64,000 nucleotides of DNA from Oikopleura dioica. Its lineage: Eukaryota > Animalia > Chordata. The notes under the pieces are model-generated. The model saw only the letters and a list, made by a program, of their open reading frames with translations, made no database searches and had not been told where the DNA came from. A program made the position numbers and the translations under genes. Below, in pieces: positions 1-12,816 of this stretch (positions are counted from its first letter, which is position 1; each line of letters begins with the position of its first letter). The stretch is from contig OU015569.1 in assembly GCA_907165135.1 (NCBI GenBank), positions 2,852,001 to 2,916,000 of the forward strand. Reading direction: 5' to 3'.

Positions 1-1123
1 AAATGGAATTATAGGGTCACAGAATAAGCTACTCTATTTAGTTTTTAATTTAATTTTTGAATTCATTTAACACTTGAATTGCTCGGGAAATCTCACGAGC
101 GCCTACCAGACAGATGCTCCTATTTTAAGAGAGATTAAAGTTATTGAAAGTGTAAGGCCACGGAGATAGATTTTATAAAGCACTGCCAGCATTGGCATCT
201 TGCTACGAACCGCAGAAATTTTCGTATTGAAAATATTATTTATATGGCAAAGAATATGATGATCTTAAGATAGACTTTGGAATGCAAGAGCGAGGAATAT
301 GAAAATTTGTCTAAACGTGGTTTTGATTTGAAAATTGAAATTGAAATAAATTCAGCTAGAAAGACTCGAACGCCCCAATTCTATGTCTCTATCGACGCTC
401 TTACTGCTACTGTAATAACTCTAGAATTTTTCAAAATACTCAAAGTCGAATTTCATTCGCGAATGTAAATTTAAGACGACCGTAAACTGATCAGCTCAAA
501 TTTAAAATTAGAAATAAAGAATCTCCTAATTTAGTATTTTTCATTCTTTGTTCGTTTTGAAAGTTGATAGGTAAAAACGTAAAAGAAGAATAATCACAAT
601 TGTTGGATTAACTCAATTCCAGGTTTTGGGGGTTTCTAGTTTTGTGTAGTTTTTTTTTTGAAAGGTTGAACTTCTTGATTTTGGTGTTTTTCTTTGAGTT
701 GGGAAGAAACTTTTTACAGAATTTATCGAATATATAAAGTGATGGAAAAGAGCTTGAGAGGGAAATATAGAAGGAATAAGAAAATAAAAGGATAGTCTGA
801 GGTCATTGAAGCAGGTCATGAAATCATCGAGATTGAAAGGTTCAAAGTTTTAATCGGTCGAAAGTTTCGTTTAAAGCTTGAGTTCGATAGAGATTGAGGG
901 CGTCAAGTGGTTGAGATAGGAATTTTCACAGAGAAGCAGGATTTGTCTTTTTTAAAGTTGTTTTTTTCGTAAGTAAGGGGAACGGCAGGGCAACTCTTCG
1001 TAGACCTTTCGTTTCGTTAAGTTGGATAGTAGAAATCTGGTAGATTGGATTTAGCTGCGTAGAATTAGTAGTAGTGACGAGCTTTCGTTTCTGAAATTGA
1101 TTGCGAGAAGAAAACCAGGGAAA

Positions 1124-3151
1124 TCAGGGAATAACTTCGCCACTGGGCAGCCAAGGCTCGCTCCCTCCGTGGAGCTTGATCACGTGAAGAACGGCCTGAA
1201 AAAGGGATCATAAACGAATCGAAGCGGGAAAAGGGATCTTACGTCCTCAATCTCCTCGATGGTGTCACCCGTCACTGAAGCGGTGAAGCAATCGGCGAAT
1301 TCGGCTGAGACCCGCTCGCCTTGCTGGATGATTTTGATACATGTGTCCTGTGTTAGTCTTTTATTCAGCTCTCTGAAGGACAAGGTCAGCCTAGAGAAAA
1401 GAAAAATGCGTGCTTACTGTAGCCATGCTATCTTCTCGTCCAGGACGTTCATGCCCCGGCGGTAGGCGAGTTTTGGCTTGATGTAAATTGCGATTGGGTA
1501 CATGCTCTTTTTCTGCAGCTCTGGAATGGCGTCTCCCCGGACGTCGAGAACGCAGTGAAGCCCTTTGCTCGAAACCGCCTTCACGGAATTGATTGAAGTC
1601 CTTAAAATACGATAATAAAAACATCGCTTATTATATAACCTAAAATCGAGTAGTTCTATAGAATGAAAAAGACGCATGAGGTGCGGATTCCTTTTTATTT
1701 TTTATTTGAGCGGGTCCTCGACTTTAAGACTACAAATGCTGTTATAAAAATAGAAGTTTGACCTTGACGAACATACCCGTAGAGGTTATCGTTGTGGATT
1801 CCGACTTCGAAAAAGAGCCCTAAATCTTTCTGGCGCTTCATTTCCTCCTTTCCGATAAAGTAGTAGCTTCCCACCGCGCCGTTAACCTCGTTCGCTCGTG
1901 GTGCTCTCGTAGTGTCTAAAAAGACGAAATAGACAACTTCAAAGGTGATTAGATTATTGTCTTCCCATACGATAAGAACGATAGTTCTTCTTTACTTCTT
2001 CTACAGAAAAAGGATAGATGTACCCCAATTGCTACTTACGGGGAATGCAGACGCCGAATTTCTGCGGACGATCTTGAATTAAGTCCTCCATAATCCTGTC
2101 TTTCATCGGACCGAGGATGACGATCGGACGCACGTAGTCGATGCTTTGCTGCGATTAAACGATGATGAACATTTAATACAATGGAATGGAGGCTAACCTT
2201 GGTGACAGGCTCGTAAGAAAGAATCCATTCATCTTGCTGATCTGTTGAGTTTAGCGATTGCGTCGTTTCTTGTGCCTCTTTCTAAACAATTTTGATTACA
2301 CCAGGGCTCGTTCTAATTGATCATTTATAAATCACCGATTTTCGCTGGAATTCCGATTGTTACTACTGCAAAGTAAGTGTTGCAAATCGAGAAGCCGTTT
2401 GCGGCTTCGAGCAAGAATAAGAGCGGCTTCTCGATTTTCAGCATTTTACCGAAGTAACAATCGGCATTCCAGCGAAATTATTCACTCAGAAATGAGAACC
2501 GCCGTATTTATTTACCTGTATTTCCAAACTAGTCGATTCCGTCAGCGCCGCAACATTGTCGACGCTCTTCATGAAGGGAAACTTGCGCGTCATCCTTAGC
2601 TTCGTTTTCGGTTTCTTTTTCCTTTTGCCGTTTTGCGCGTGGAGTGTCGTTTCGTTGGGCGGAAGCTGTTCACAGAACTCAAGCGACTTTGGGGTCGAGT
2701 TGAATTTCACTTGGTTTATCCTTTTTCGCTCTTTGCGCATCACTCTGTGTTTAGATGGGATGATCCCGCTAGCGTCAGAGCTGTCTGCCAAGGCTTGCTC
2801 ATCTTCTGCGCTGTTTGTGCACTGAAACAATCCTTACTTTCTCTCCAAACAACCTGTCAAACGAACACTACTTTTCGAACTTCATATCTCTTAAATCAAC
2901 TAAACGGGCAATTCCGACAGTAATCAGGCCCCGCGTGAACAAGTCAGGCCGGTGTTTGTCACTCAGGCACTGAGTGATTTTTGACAATTTGGTGTACCAT
3001 TTTTACAACTGCAAAAAGTCCTGTCTACAGGTTACTCAGGTAAACTCAAGCCTTTACTCTGGTCAGGTTGTTTTTACTTACGACGATCTGAGCTTGCCAC
3101 CATTCGGGGTCGGTCGCATTCGTCACGTGGATGATATCACCGTACTTGAAG
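1124..3151 (-). CDS. dlg1: Discs-large-type MAGUK, 3' part (SH3-HOOK-guanylate kinase), multi-exon; 5' end unresolved
   Basis: Spliced exons read [20 protein letters not shown] (SH3), [29 protein letters not shown] (HOOK), [33 protein letters not shown]|[65 protein letters not shown], colinear with DLG1-4. A possible micro-exon EYRPQ near 4102-4115 resembles the end of PDZ3. Confidence 0.88.
2384..2437. repeat. Short palindromic element (AAATCGAGAAGCCG...CGGCTTCTCGATTT family)
   Basis: Terminal inverted repeat with internal AGCCG-n-GCGGCT; related copies at 5905-5981, 8101-8212 and ~8304-8358. Confidence 0.75.
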
Positions 3152-3480
3152 CTAAAGTTAAACAATTATGAAAAAACTAACACCAAGAAGTAGAAACCGA
3201 ACAAAAAGTTCACTAAGTTCTGAGTGATGTCACAGAGAGTGAACAGTACGGAATGACATTTTTCATTAGCTGAAAAAGAGAAAACGCAATAACAAACGCG
3301 CATTCTCGCCCCGACCGCATCAAATGTTATCTAACTCATTCTCGCTGAATTGACGAAATTCCGATGAAACTATGCTCCCATGCAAATCTGGTGCAAACAC
3401 ACAAGGGCCGAAATACAAGTAGAACTACTTGAACGCGAAAGATTTGTGAAATTCTTTTCAGGAGCTGGCTTACTATCTGC

Positions 3481-3619
3481 CTGAGCTCGGCAATCCGTGT
3501 TGAAGACCTGAGTCAGGGTCTCAAATATATCTAATGCAAAGCAGCCTTGCGTAAACGGCTTTTGATTAAAAATCTTTCAGACCCTGACTCAGGCTTTCTA
3601 CACAGCTCGCCAAGCCCAT
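3481..3619. mobile_element. hAT-type MITE copy (CTGRGCTCGG ends)
   Basis: ~40-bp imperfect TIRs containing CCTGAGTCAGG/CCTGACTCAGG; flanks CTATCTGC / CTATCGGT look like a decayed 8-bp TSD. Confidence 0.75.
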
Positions 3620-4159
3620 CTATCGGTAAATGACTGAAGCATTCTTTATTCTATTCTATCTCGCTTTTTGAAACTCTGTTTTTATTGCAAATTATATGAT
3701 CAGCGTCTAGTAAGGTCCCACGGAGAAAAAAGATCCTCCCAAGTTAGAAATCTGCTTACACCGTGAAATGACATTAATTTGCGAGAAATCATCGGCTTTG
3801 CTTGAATCTCCTTCTTGCCGATCATCGAAAAGAAAATATCAAGTGTTGTGAAAACAAGAGATCCTATTAAATTGAATTCCTGGCTGAGAATTGAATCCCT
3901 ACTTCGGTGCGACCACCCGCCACTTTTTTTCTTTTTTATCTGGCTTAGAAAAAGAAAGAGAGAGTAAATTGCTCGGGCGAGTTTGTAAGATTCTCAGCAG
4001 GGGCCGTGAGATCTGACGTTATATCGCCAATAAATCATGTTTTGTGCCTGTCTCAGCACTTCACCAGCAGGCAGTGTACCTTTTTCTTTCCTTTTACCTG
4101 GGGTCGATATTCTGTAATCAAGTCAGTAAACAGAAAGGAAAAGTCGGAGACTCGATGGC

Positions 4160-4200
4160 CTGAGCTCGGCAACCCATGTGAAAAACCTGAGTCAGGGTTT
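4160..4200. repeat. Solo left end of the same MITE family
   Basis: CTGAGCTCGGCAACCCATGTGAAAAACCTGAGTCAGGG with no matching right end nearby. Confidence 0.65.
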
Positions 4201-5904
4201 CGGAAGAGGTTTGATAAAAGTCGCGCAGATTTCCAAATCAATTGATTTGTCAAAACTCTGGAGAAGCCGTGCTTCGCACGTCTTTTTTCGTCTCGAAGAT
4301 TTAAAAGTAAAGTGGGTGATTCGAAGACAACATAGTTTAAAATTCAATTTGGTGTATTGTGAAAATGTCACAATTATGTTATTTTGTCGAGGCGAGGCAA
4401 TTAAAAATTGAGTAGAAAGCTGGGTCAGCTCTTTTTACTTTATATTAATTTGATAGCCGAAATAGCCAGTTCTTGACAAAGAGTTTCTGACACGCTGCTG
4501 ACAAACAGTCATCATATTGAAAAGGCGATATAATATCGCCGATATTGGAATTAGTGACATGGATTTCGAGTTTTTGCAATTTAAAGTTGCAGATAATGGG
4601 TCCACCGTAATATCGGAATAACCTCAATTCTAGCTCTTTTCATTGAAAAAGCGGATGAGTTGTCTACTTTTCGAATGTTTGACTTTTAGAATGGTCTTAT
4701 TATTCTCGTAATCAGTAATTTGTACAATCAGGCTTTGAAAATTCATTCAAAGAAAAAGTAGAATAGAATCAGTTGAAGATAGCTTCATTACTTAGTGTCA
4801 TTCAGAAGAACTGATTGTGCATTGAGATGATTGATCATTGAAAAATTTGTTCTTCAATAAGAGTAAATATGCAATTATTGAATTTTCCGAAAATATCTAT
4901 TTTTCTCACCTGAGTCCCTTTGAAGGCAATCCGGAGTCAAGAGTAGCATCGTAGTCGAAAAGTGCTTTTACGAAGAGAGTTTTCTTCGCGACAGTTTGAA
5001 TGCTCATCGTTCTCCAACTCTTCCTTTTCGGTGTTTTCAAGGTTCACTCTTATCGGCTCGTTCTTATCAGTTACGATCTTATCGCAAATGGTCTCTCTCT
5101 TGATCCATGTTGTTGTTTTGCGTTTAGGCTGTAAGGAAAGTAGTAGCAACTTCGTCGAATCCGGATTGGCTTCTTTCTTGGGAAGACCTCTCTAGGGGAT
5201 GCTATTAGCAAGAGCCTCCGCTACTAACTCTAATAGCGAGTTTATTTTTTCGTCTTTTTTCTTTCAGTTTTGTTTGAGCTTGGCACGAAGGAGCCAATCA
5301 CGCTCGCGGCTGGTGACTCATCGGCTCGACCCTTTTCGCGCCACCGCGGAAATCTGTTCTTCGAGTCGAAAAACGACGATTCCAGAGACCAACTTTTTCT
5401 AAAGGCTCATCCTTTTTTCTATTCGGAACGAACTAAAGGCCCAATCAGCCGAGATCGGAACTCGCGCGCCAAATACGAAATCGATCGAAATCATCTTTTC
5501 TTATTTTTCTTAAATCAAAGTCATCAAATGAATACTTAGTCAATTATTCTGATATTTGCAATAGTTCTAGTGCAAAAAGAGAGAAAGAAAGAAAAGTTAA
5601 CCTTGAATCAATTGTTGAATTGTTGAAAATTCAAATTTGCAAATGCGAAATTTTCGCTGCCAAATTTTTAAATCGAACGATTGGAAAATTTTACCGCTAA
5701 TTGCGAAAGAAATCCTTCAATATTATCATTTGACCGTGAAGTTTGATAATGGCCATCCATCTAACCGCCCTCCCCCGTCAATTAAAGCCGCTATTTTGAA
5801 AACGCGAACTTTTGCAAGATTCGTTTTTTTGCTTGAATATATCGCGACCTTACTGTTATCTGTAAATGTCTAGAAGATCTTACTAAACTTACAGCTTTGC
5901 TTCC

Positions 5905-5981
5905 GAAATCGAGAAGCCGCTTGCGGCTTCGAGCTGCAAAATGAAAAAAGCCGCGTGAATCGCAAGCGACTTCTCGATTTC
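5905..5981. repeat. Short palindromic element, second copy
   Basis: GAAATCGAGAAGCCGC...GCGACTTCTCGATTTC. Confidence 0.75.
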
Positions 5982-6271
5982 AGTAGCACATCTGTTAGTT
6001 AGGCGCAAGTAGGATCTTCTGGAACATATCCAGGTACTAAAGGTCGGGTATCACGTTGTATTTTGTTTTGCGCGAAAAATGCAGTGAATTCAGAATCGCG
6101 GCACTAGAATTGCGAGTGAATATTTCCTTGCTCGACTCATGAATCGGAAGGGCCGAAAACAACTTCTCTCTTCGCGATTTTAGGACGTTGGCTGGGCTAA
6201 TTGAGAGTACAAATGACTCTGCTGATTGAAAACATCCGGTCGCTGCGTATTCCCCAACCACAATGCAGCAT

Positions 6272-6906
6272 TGACGCGCTTTTTAAGGTTACTGTATTTA
6301 TTTCACCCACTTACTACTTTGAAGACCCAGATCACTATATATATTTTGAATCAGCAGAAAATATCTAGAAACTTGACCATAACCGATTCTCAAAAATCAC
6401 TTCCGTTTACGATTCTAGAGCCGGAAATGTAAAAATCATGAACGAACGGTACCCAAAGAACCCCTAGACAATGGCATATCAAATTGAATCTTGTGTCATT
6501 TTAGAGTTGCCTGTGATAAAATAAAGGCTAGATAAGCTCTTTATAATCGATTCTAGAGGCGGGAATTGATAAAATTTGAAAATCGGAAGTTGCGTCATCA
6601 CAAAAAAACAGGACTCACTCGCTTTAGCATCGACAGAGAGGTCATCTAGCCTTTATTTTATCACAGGCAACTCTAAAATGACATAAGATTCAATTTGATA
6701 TGCCATTGTCTATGGGTTCTATGGGTACCGTTCGTTCATGATTTTTACATTTCCGGCGCTAGAATCGTAAACGGAAGTGATTTTTGAGAATCGGTTACGG
6801 TAAAGTTTCTAGATATTTTCTGCTGATTCAAAATATATGTAGTGATCTGGGTCTTCAAAGGAGTAAGTGGGAGAAATAAATACAGTAACCTTAAAAAAGC
6901 GCGTCA
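6272..6906. mobile_element. Non-coding fold-back element, ~260-bp arms and 110-bp spacer
   Basis: 6272-6533 is a highly similar reverse complement of 6644-6906. Confidence 0.85.
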
Positions 6907-6959
6907 TTGTCAATGCTTCTTCCAAAAACGTGTTCCTTCCCAAATGTTTCAACAGAAGT

Positions 6960-7139
6960 CTGGGCTCGGCAACCTGTGCAAAAACTGAGTCAGGATCCTC
7001 AATGAGTTAAACGAAAAGCCGCGGAGCGACTTTATTAAGTTTGAAACATAGAATTGTATAGTATAATACTATTAGTATTCCTTCGTTTAACTCTTTGATG
7101 ACCCTGACTCAGCTTTTCGACACAGGTTGCCGGGCCAAG
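6960..7139. mobile_element. hAT-type MITE copy
   Basis: CTGGGCTCGGCAACCTGTG...CACAGGTTGCCGGGCCAAG TIRs; partly matching flanks ACAGAAGT / ACAGGAAA. Confidence 0.75.
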
Positions 7140-7368
7140 ACAGGAAAAACAAAAACATTGTTGATGAATTTTTCTCAGCTTTAGTTGTCGAAAAAGACGT
7201 TTATGTAATCGTCTTTTTCTTCCCAGTCGTCTCCTTTGAAGTTGTGAATTGTAAAGCTTGACTTGCTTTTTGGAAGATTGAAGAAATGGAAGAATCGACG
7301 AGTTGTGACGGTATCCAGTAGAATGTGCGTTAGTGCTCACTGAGATCGACTGGAGTACTTTTGCTCGA

Positions 7369-7713
7369 CTAAATGGGGAAATAGCTGCTCACGTAGTAGA
7401 GCATCCCTTGACTGGCGGGCATGGCGACGCCCCTCAACTCCCTTTCAAAGGGATTTTGGACCCGAATTCTTAAGGGCCTTTGGCTTCCTTGACATTCTTG
7501 AAACATTGAGATTCCCTTTTGTCCCCGCCCATTGTTAGCCGCGTAGAAATCGTAAAACAGGAAACCTGAAAACGCTTCGTATAAACCGCGAGCGGGAATT
7601 TTTAATCCGACCCAGAAATCGTCCCAAGAAAAATTCGTTGGAGTTTGAATTGGAAATCGATTTACCCCCATAAAGGGACGAGCTTCGAGAACATCTCCGT
7701 CAAAACAAAACAA
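7369..7713 (-). CDS. Probable exon of an unidentified gene
   Basis: 114-codon ORF with a GTGAG donor-like site near its end; no recognisable domain. Confidence 0.3.
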   Translation of the reverse strand: MFCFDGDVLEARPFMGVNRFPIQTPTNFSWDDFWVGLKIPARGLYEAFSGFLFYDFYAANNGRGQKGISMFQECQGSQRPLRIRVQNPFERELRGVAMPASQGMLYYVSSYFPI

Positions 7714-8100
7714 CAGGAAGCATAAATTAGAAGCAAAAGATCGAAGAGAATTTCGAAGGACGAAAATCGCGAACGAACAGTATGGGTTCAGAAACGACGC
7801 TCTTCATATCGTTCTTCCTTCTTGGGTAAGCCCTTCTTTTTCACCGTGTTTTGAGAACGCACTCAACCAAGAAAAACTGCGTTCAATCAAAATTTTACAC
7901 TGCGTGGCGTCATTGATTTTCAGCCAATTTCGCGAAAAATGCTCTTTTGCTCCAACGAAATAATTTCATCGGGCGAAATGGTAGTTTACGCGTGTTTCGT
8001 TTTTATATGCTGATGATCCTTTTTTCAAATGGCTTGAAACGTACTAATCGTCGATTTCCTGCTTGAATTTGGGTTAAAATAATTAAGAAGCATCATTTTA

Positions 8101-8212
8101 TGGTTCAAATCTAGAAGCCACTTGCGACTTAGAAAAATAAAATCTAGCCGCGCAAGCTGCGGCTTTTTCATTTAATTGCTCGGAGCCGCAAGCGGCTTCT
8201 CGATTTGAACCA
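8101..8212. repeat. Short palindromic element, third copy (fragment follows at ~8304-8358)
   Basis: TGGTTCAAATCTAGAAGCC...GGCTTCTCGATTTGAACCA with internal AGCCGCGCAAGCTGCGGCT. Confidence 0.75.
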
Positions 8213-8439
8213 TGAAAACGATGCTTCTGAATTATTGTAACCTAAATTCAAGCAGGAAATCGACAATTAGTATGTTTCAAGCCTTTTGAGAATAAGGATC
8301 TAACCGCGCTAGGCGCGGCTCTTTCATTTTTCCTCGAAGCCGCAAGCGGCTTCTCGAATACAGTATGGCTTTCTTACTTTGAAAACTAATTCTCAGGCGT
8401 CTTTATCGCATCATGTTTATTTTAGCTTTTATTCGAGTA

Positions 8440-9107
8440 TTATTTTTTCTCCATCATCGACAAGGCAGTAAGAAAATAATTTTGCGGCAGCGGTTTTAAT
8501 TGATATTTTTTGAGGAGATAACCGACCGTACTGGGTAGCTTTTCGAATTCTCCGGTGAACTTTTCGTTTCTGTAGACTTCGTCGTGTGTAAAGGCGGAGA
8601 TGATTTCGAGTTTAAATCTTGGCAAGTCCATGCTTTTTAAAACAGAATGCGCGACGTAGAATGTTCTAGCAGCGTGATAGTCTGATGTGACGATCCGGAC
8701 GATTGTTGGGCCCTGGAAGAGGCGCGCGATGATTTCGAAGCCGTAGAGAAAGTTTTGTACAGTATTGCGAGCTTCGTTTTCGAGGATGACTTTTGATGAG
8801 TCCACGTATTCATCGGCTGTTAATCGAGCCATTACTTGAGCCTCGGTGACGCCGACTTTGGCAGGATCGCCGCCGGACACGATCAGATAACTGTCATGTT
8901 CTTTTTATCGGCTTTTTAGATGCGCTACTGCATGATTAAAATTCAAAGTTGAAAGATTTGCTGTTAAAAAATCTACAAGTAAGACAAAAAGCCCTTTCCT
9001 TTAGCTAGGTGTGAAGCAAGCTTAACTCTGGCTTTTAGTGAGCTTGTCGCGCTCCCATCCATCTTCAACGCTTCGCCCAGACAGAGGACAACACATCTTC
9101 TGTCCAT
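8440..9107 (-). CDS. DUF218 / YdcF-ElyC-SanA-like protein, two exons (intron ~8891-8976)
   Basis: MDRRCVVLCLGEALKMDGSATSSLKARVKLA..|YLIVSGGD..GVTEAQVMA..ILENEARNTVQN..IVTSDYHAAR matches the VxLG, SGG, TEA, E-x-x-x-x-NT and VTSxYH motifs of the family. Confidence 0.8.
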
Positions 9108-10190
9108 CTTTTTCTTTTCTCGAAATTTGTTGTTTTTTCTAAGTTTTCTCGTTTTTGTCTTTGTCGTTTTCTGAGGGGTTGGCTGCTTAGGGCCGGTTAA
9201 ATAGGTCTCAACGTTGGCGTCGCCTTTGACAACATCACAAGTCGCCTCGTGAATCGTAAACAGAGCCTCATGCGGCGTTGGAATGTGATGCAACAATCCA
9301 TGCCCTTGCTAATTTTTTCAGGGTAGATCTGGACACATTCTCGTTCACAGTAAACAATGGCTTAATCGCCCGCAATTGGTGTGATTAGTGTGGCTTCAGA
9401 TTGATCGGGCTCGGATTGAGCAAACTTTCAAGTCGTAACTTTCACAGTCATAGCGCCAAATTTATTTTTTATTATTGCGTTTTTATTTGTTTGATTTTGA
9501 TAGTATTAAAACGAATCATATATTATTTGATTAAGCATATCTTGATTTTTGATAACGGTGTTCTTGGATAACCTTATTATTATTATTATTACCTTTTTCT
9601 TTTTATGGAGCTGGGCTCGTGACTACTAACTCCATCATGTGATCGTTGAGCAATAATCTAACTCCAACCTAAGCTTTTAAAAGAGCGTATGCTTGTTGGA
9701 AAGTAGCGACTTTCGTAATATTTGCGAAATTTGGGGGGAATCAGCCGGCGTTTTAACTTCCGTTTCCCACGAAATTTCGACATAACAGCTCAACACACGT
9801 CGTTTTGGCTTGTCTTAAAAGATGCTCCGCAGATTGTTAACCTCAAGGACCTTGGACTTGTAACAGTTCGCAGCGGCTGAATTTCGATACCGCCGGATAC
9901 CTCGCACTCCACGCAAGCGAAGTACAATTTTAACACCAGCGATTTGAAACGATTGACCCTGTGAGCTTGACGAGTTTCGTGGAAAGGCAGATAGGCTTAT
10001 CTGATTTTGACGCACGAATAATTAATAGTGTAACTCAAACAAGCAGTTGTCGGAACGTTACGTGTTGCGGGCCTAAACTTCCTCGTTAGAAATTCTTCAA
10101 AGTTTCTTCGAAAACCTTATGTGGGCTTTTTGAAATAGCTTTTTCACATGGGGGAAAGTTACGGTTTTAGAAAATAGCGGGATTATTTAG

Positions 10191-12816
10191 GATGGCGACC
10201 CTGCTGCCCTGGAATTTCTTTATCACGCCGTTCGCATATTGGATGACGAAACTGCAACGTTCCGATTGGAAAAACCAAACCTCTCCTGACACGATGAGCC
10301 TCACATTGACCAACATCTCAATCGAGCTGGGCAAGAATCAAAACTTACGAATCGGAAGTGGGGCGGCTCCTCCCGCGACGGAAGACAACTGCACCAATGA
10401 CTGGGAGTTTAACCCGCTTCAAAAGTTCTGGAGCTCGACACTTGCCATTTCGACGATGGGAACGAATCTGATCTTCTGCTTCTTGACGACAATCTTAGCA
10501 AAGAAGATTCCTAGAAAGACGCGATTCTTAGGTATTATGAATGTCCCAGTCCAGCCAATCTTTTTTTCCTTGATTTTCAGTAATATTTTATCTAAAAATT
10601 TGTCTCCAGGTTGCCTTCTTGGATATGTTCTGTGCTTGAGCGCTACGCTGGCAATGGTGCGAATCAATTTCGAGGATAAAATACCAGTCTTCTTTGGAAC
10701 TACGATGGGCATTGTCGTTTTGATTACAATTTGCTGCGCAGTTTTCCAGACGTCTCTTTTTGGCCTTGCTTCTGAGTTCCCGATGGACTTGGGCATCATG
10801 GGCGCTGTGATGGGCGGCCAAGGCTGCGGTGGAATTTTCGCCTGCGTGGTCAACTTGCTTACCTTAGGTTAGTAACGATAACTAAAAAGAACTGGCTGAG
10901 CAAAGAGTTCGCTGGCTGACAGCTACGGCGAGTTTATTAGATTCGCAAAAAAAAAGAAATAAGTTTTTGTTCAAAGCAAAAAAAGGTTCTTTCTAAAACG
11001 TATGTTGGAACCTTCCTATTCACACAATGTTGTGAATAAGCTACAAGGGTTGTTTTGTGACGCTAATGGCAAATTGCTTGTAGGCCTCTTCGACGATCCA
11101 CTGGAGTCTGCTTTCATTTTCTTTTTGCTGGCGATTGTGTTCACCCTCTTTGGCATTTTCATGTTTCTGCGAATAATTCGCCACCCACTCTACATTCAAC
11201 ACGTTCACGATGGCGATCAGAAAAGCATGGACAGGTTTGCTAAGTGATCCAAAATACTAATTTCGCGACATGGCGTTATTACTCAAAATCGCCAGTGAAC
11301 CACCACCACAAGTGCGTTTAGGCAACTTTTCTTGTTATTTCAAATCGATAAAAACGAACGTTAAAATTCTTGTTCTTATTTTCTAAAAAGTTCATCAACG
11401 ACACTCTTTTTTCATTATTCTAAAAACTAACTCATCAAAAAACGAAAATCAAAGCTCTGGAAAAGGCTATAATAGGATTGGCAAGGTCTAAAACTATTTT
11501 AGCAATGCAGAAAATGTCGAAAACGAAGCGATGCTGAGCGATGCGAATATCACCTTTGGCGACTTTGTGAAGACAACTTTGTGGCCCTACATGCTTTCCG
11601 TGTTCCTCTGCTTCGTCGTCACATTAGGTAGGAGCTAACTGTATTCTTTGGCTATTGAGACGCTAAACTTCAAGCATCTGCGCGTCTTGTTAGCAACAAG
11701 CTCGCATTAGCGCGTTCTTCGAGGATGTTTAATGTCATATGTTTCATTGTAATAACGTGCGTTTTCCGAGACGCGATTTTAATTTTCTCGCAGGGCTCTT
11801 CCCCGCCGTCGCAGCTTTCGTCCAGCCCATCAATTACGATTGCAATAATGTCTACCACACGAAGTGGTTCCAGCCCATCTGGTGTTTCACTCTCTTCAAC
11901 GTCGGCGACACCATAGGAAGGCGTTTCAATGCACAATGCGCGATTTCCGCTTAAAATTTTTGAAGCGTTGTTTACGTCCTCGAATGATTTCATGCCTTTG
12001 GCAGATTAGGCTGGATAATCACGTTTTCGTTCGAAATTTGCAAACACCGAAAAAGGCCGAGTCTCTGCCTCCAAAGTGCCTTTTCCTAAGCCACAAGAGG
12101 TAATTTAACCCTTTTTAACGCATTCTAGAGCTCGTTTGGCTCACGATGGACTTATAAACTCAGAGTCAGCGCGAAAATAGCGAGATAGGGAGCAGGAACA
12201 TTGCTCTAGCATTTTCAAACACGTTCACTCAAATCTTATCGTTTATTTTGAACCAGTTTACACAACTGTTAATGGAAACGATAACAGACCTCAACTTCCT
12301 TGTCTAAATACGTTTTAGCGAGTCATCTAGTGATTTTATATTTTTGCGAATAGATAGTTGATTCATCGAATGGTCAGTTTCCTGTATATCACCAAAAAAG
12401 AACCGCTTTTTCAATTCTTAAAAGCTTCCATTGTTCGTTCAGTCGATGAAACTGCTCACCGCTTCTATCGTCCGATTCGGCTTCGTCTTCCTTCTTCCCC
12501 TATGTAACATCGTAACAGCCGATCGAAGCACCAGCATCGTCTTCTACTCCGACTGGGTTTATATAATCATCATGGCTGCAATGTCCCTCTCCGGTGGAAT
12601 CATCTCAAGTAAGGCTTCGTCGATAAGATCAGATTTTCGACGATAAACGAAAGAACTTGGCTAACGTATGTATTTTCAGCTCAAGCTATGTCTTTTGCCT
12701 CGCAAATCGCGCCAAGACATTTGAGCGACGATGTTGGTAACACGATGGGAACCTCGCTCGTTGCTGGTCTTTGTGGTGGAGCTGCCTTTTCATTCCTCAT
12801 TCTTTTCGTCATGTGA
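10191..12816 (+). CDS. SLC29A1: Equilibrative nucleoside transporter (SLC29), multi-exon; first exon unresolved
   Basis: GMATLLPWNFFIT, FGLASEFP..GAVMGGQGCGGIFA, FQPIWCFTLFNVGDTIGR, RFGFVFLLPLCN, MSLSGG and a final TM helix ending SFLILFVM*. Confidence 0.92.

Noticed and set aside
6037-6261. AESFVLSISP as a TLDc-domain motif
   Set aside because: No other TLDc motifs follow; single short match.
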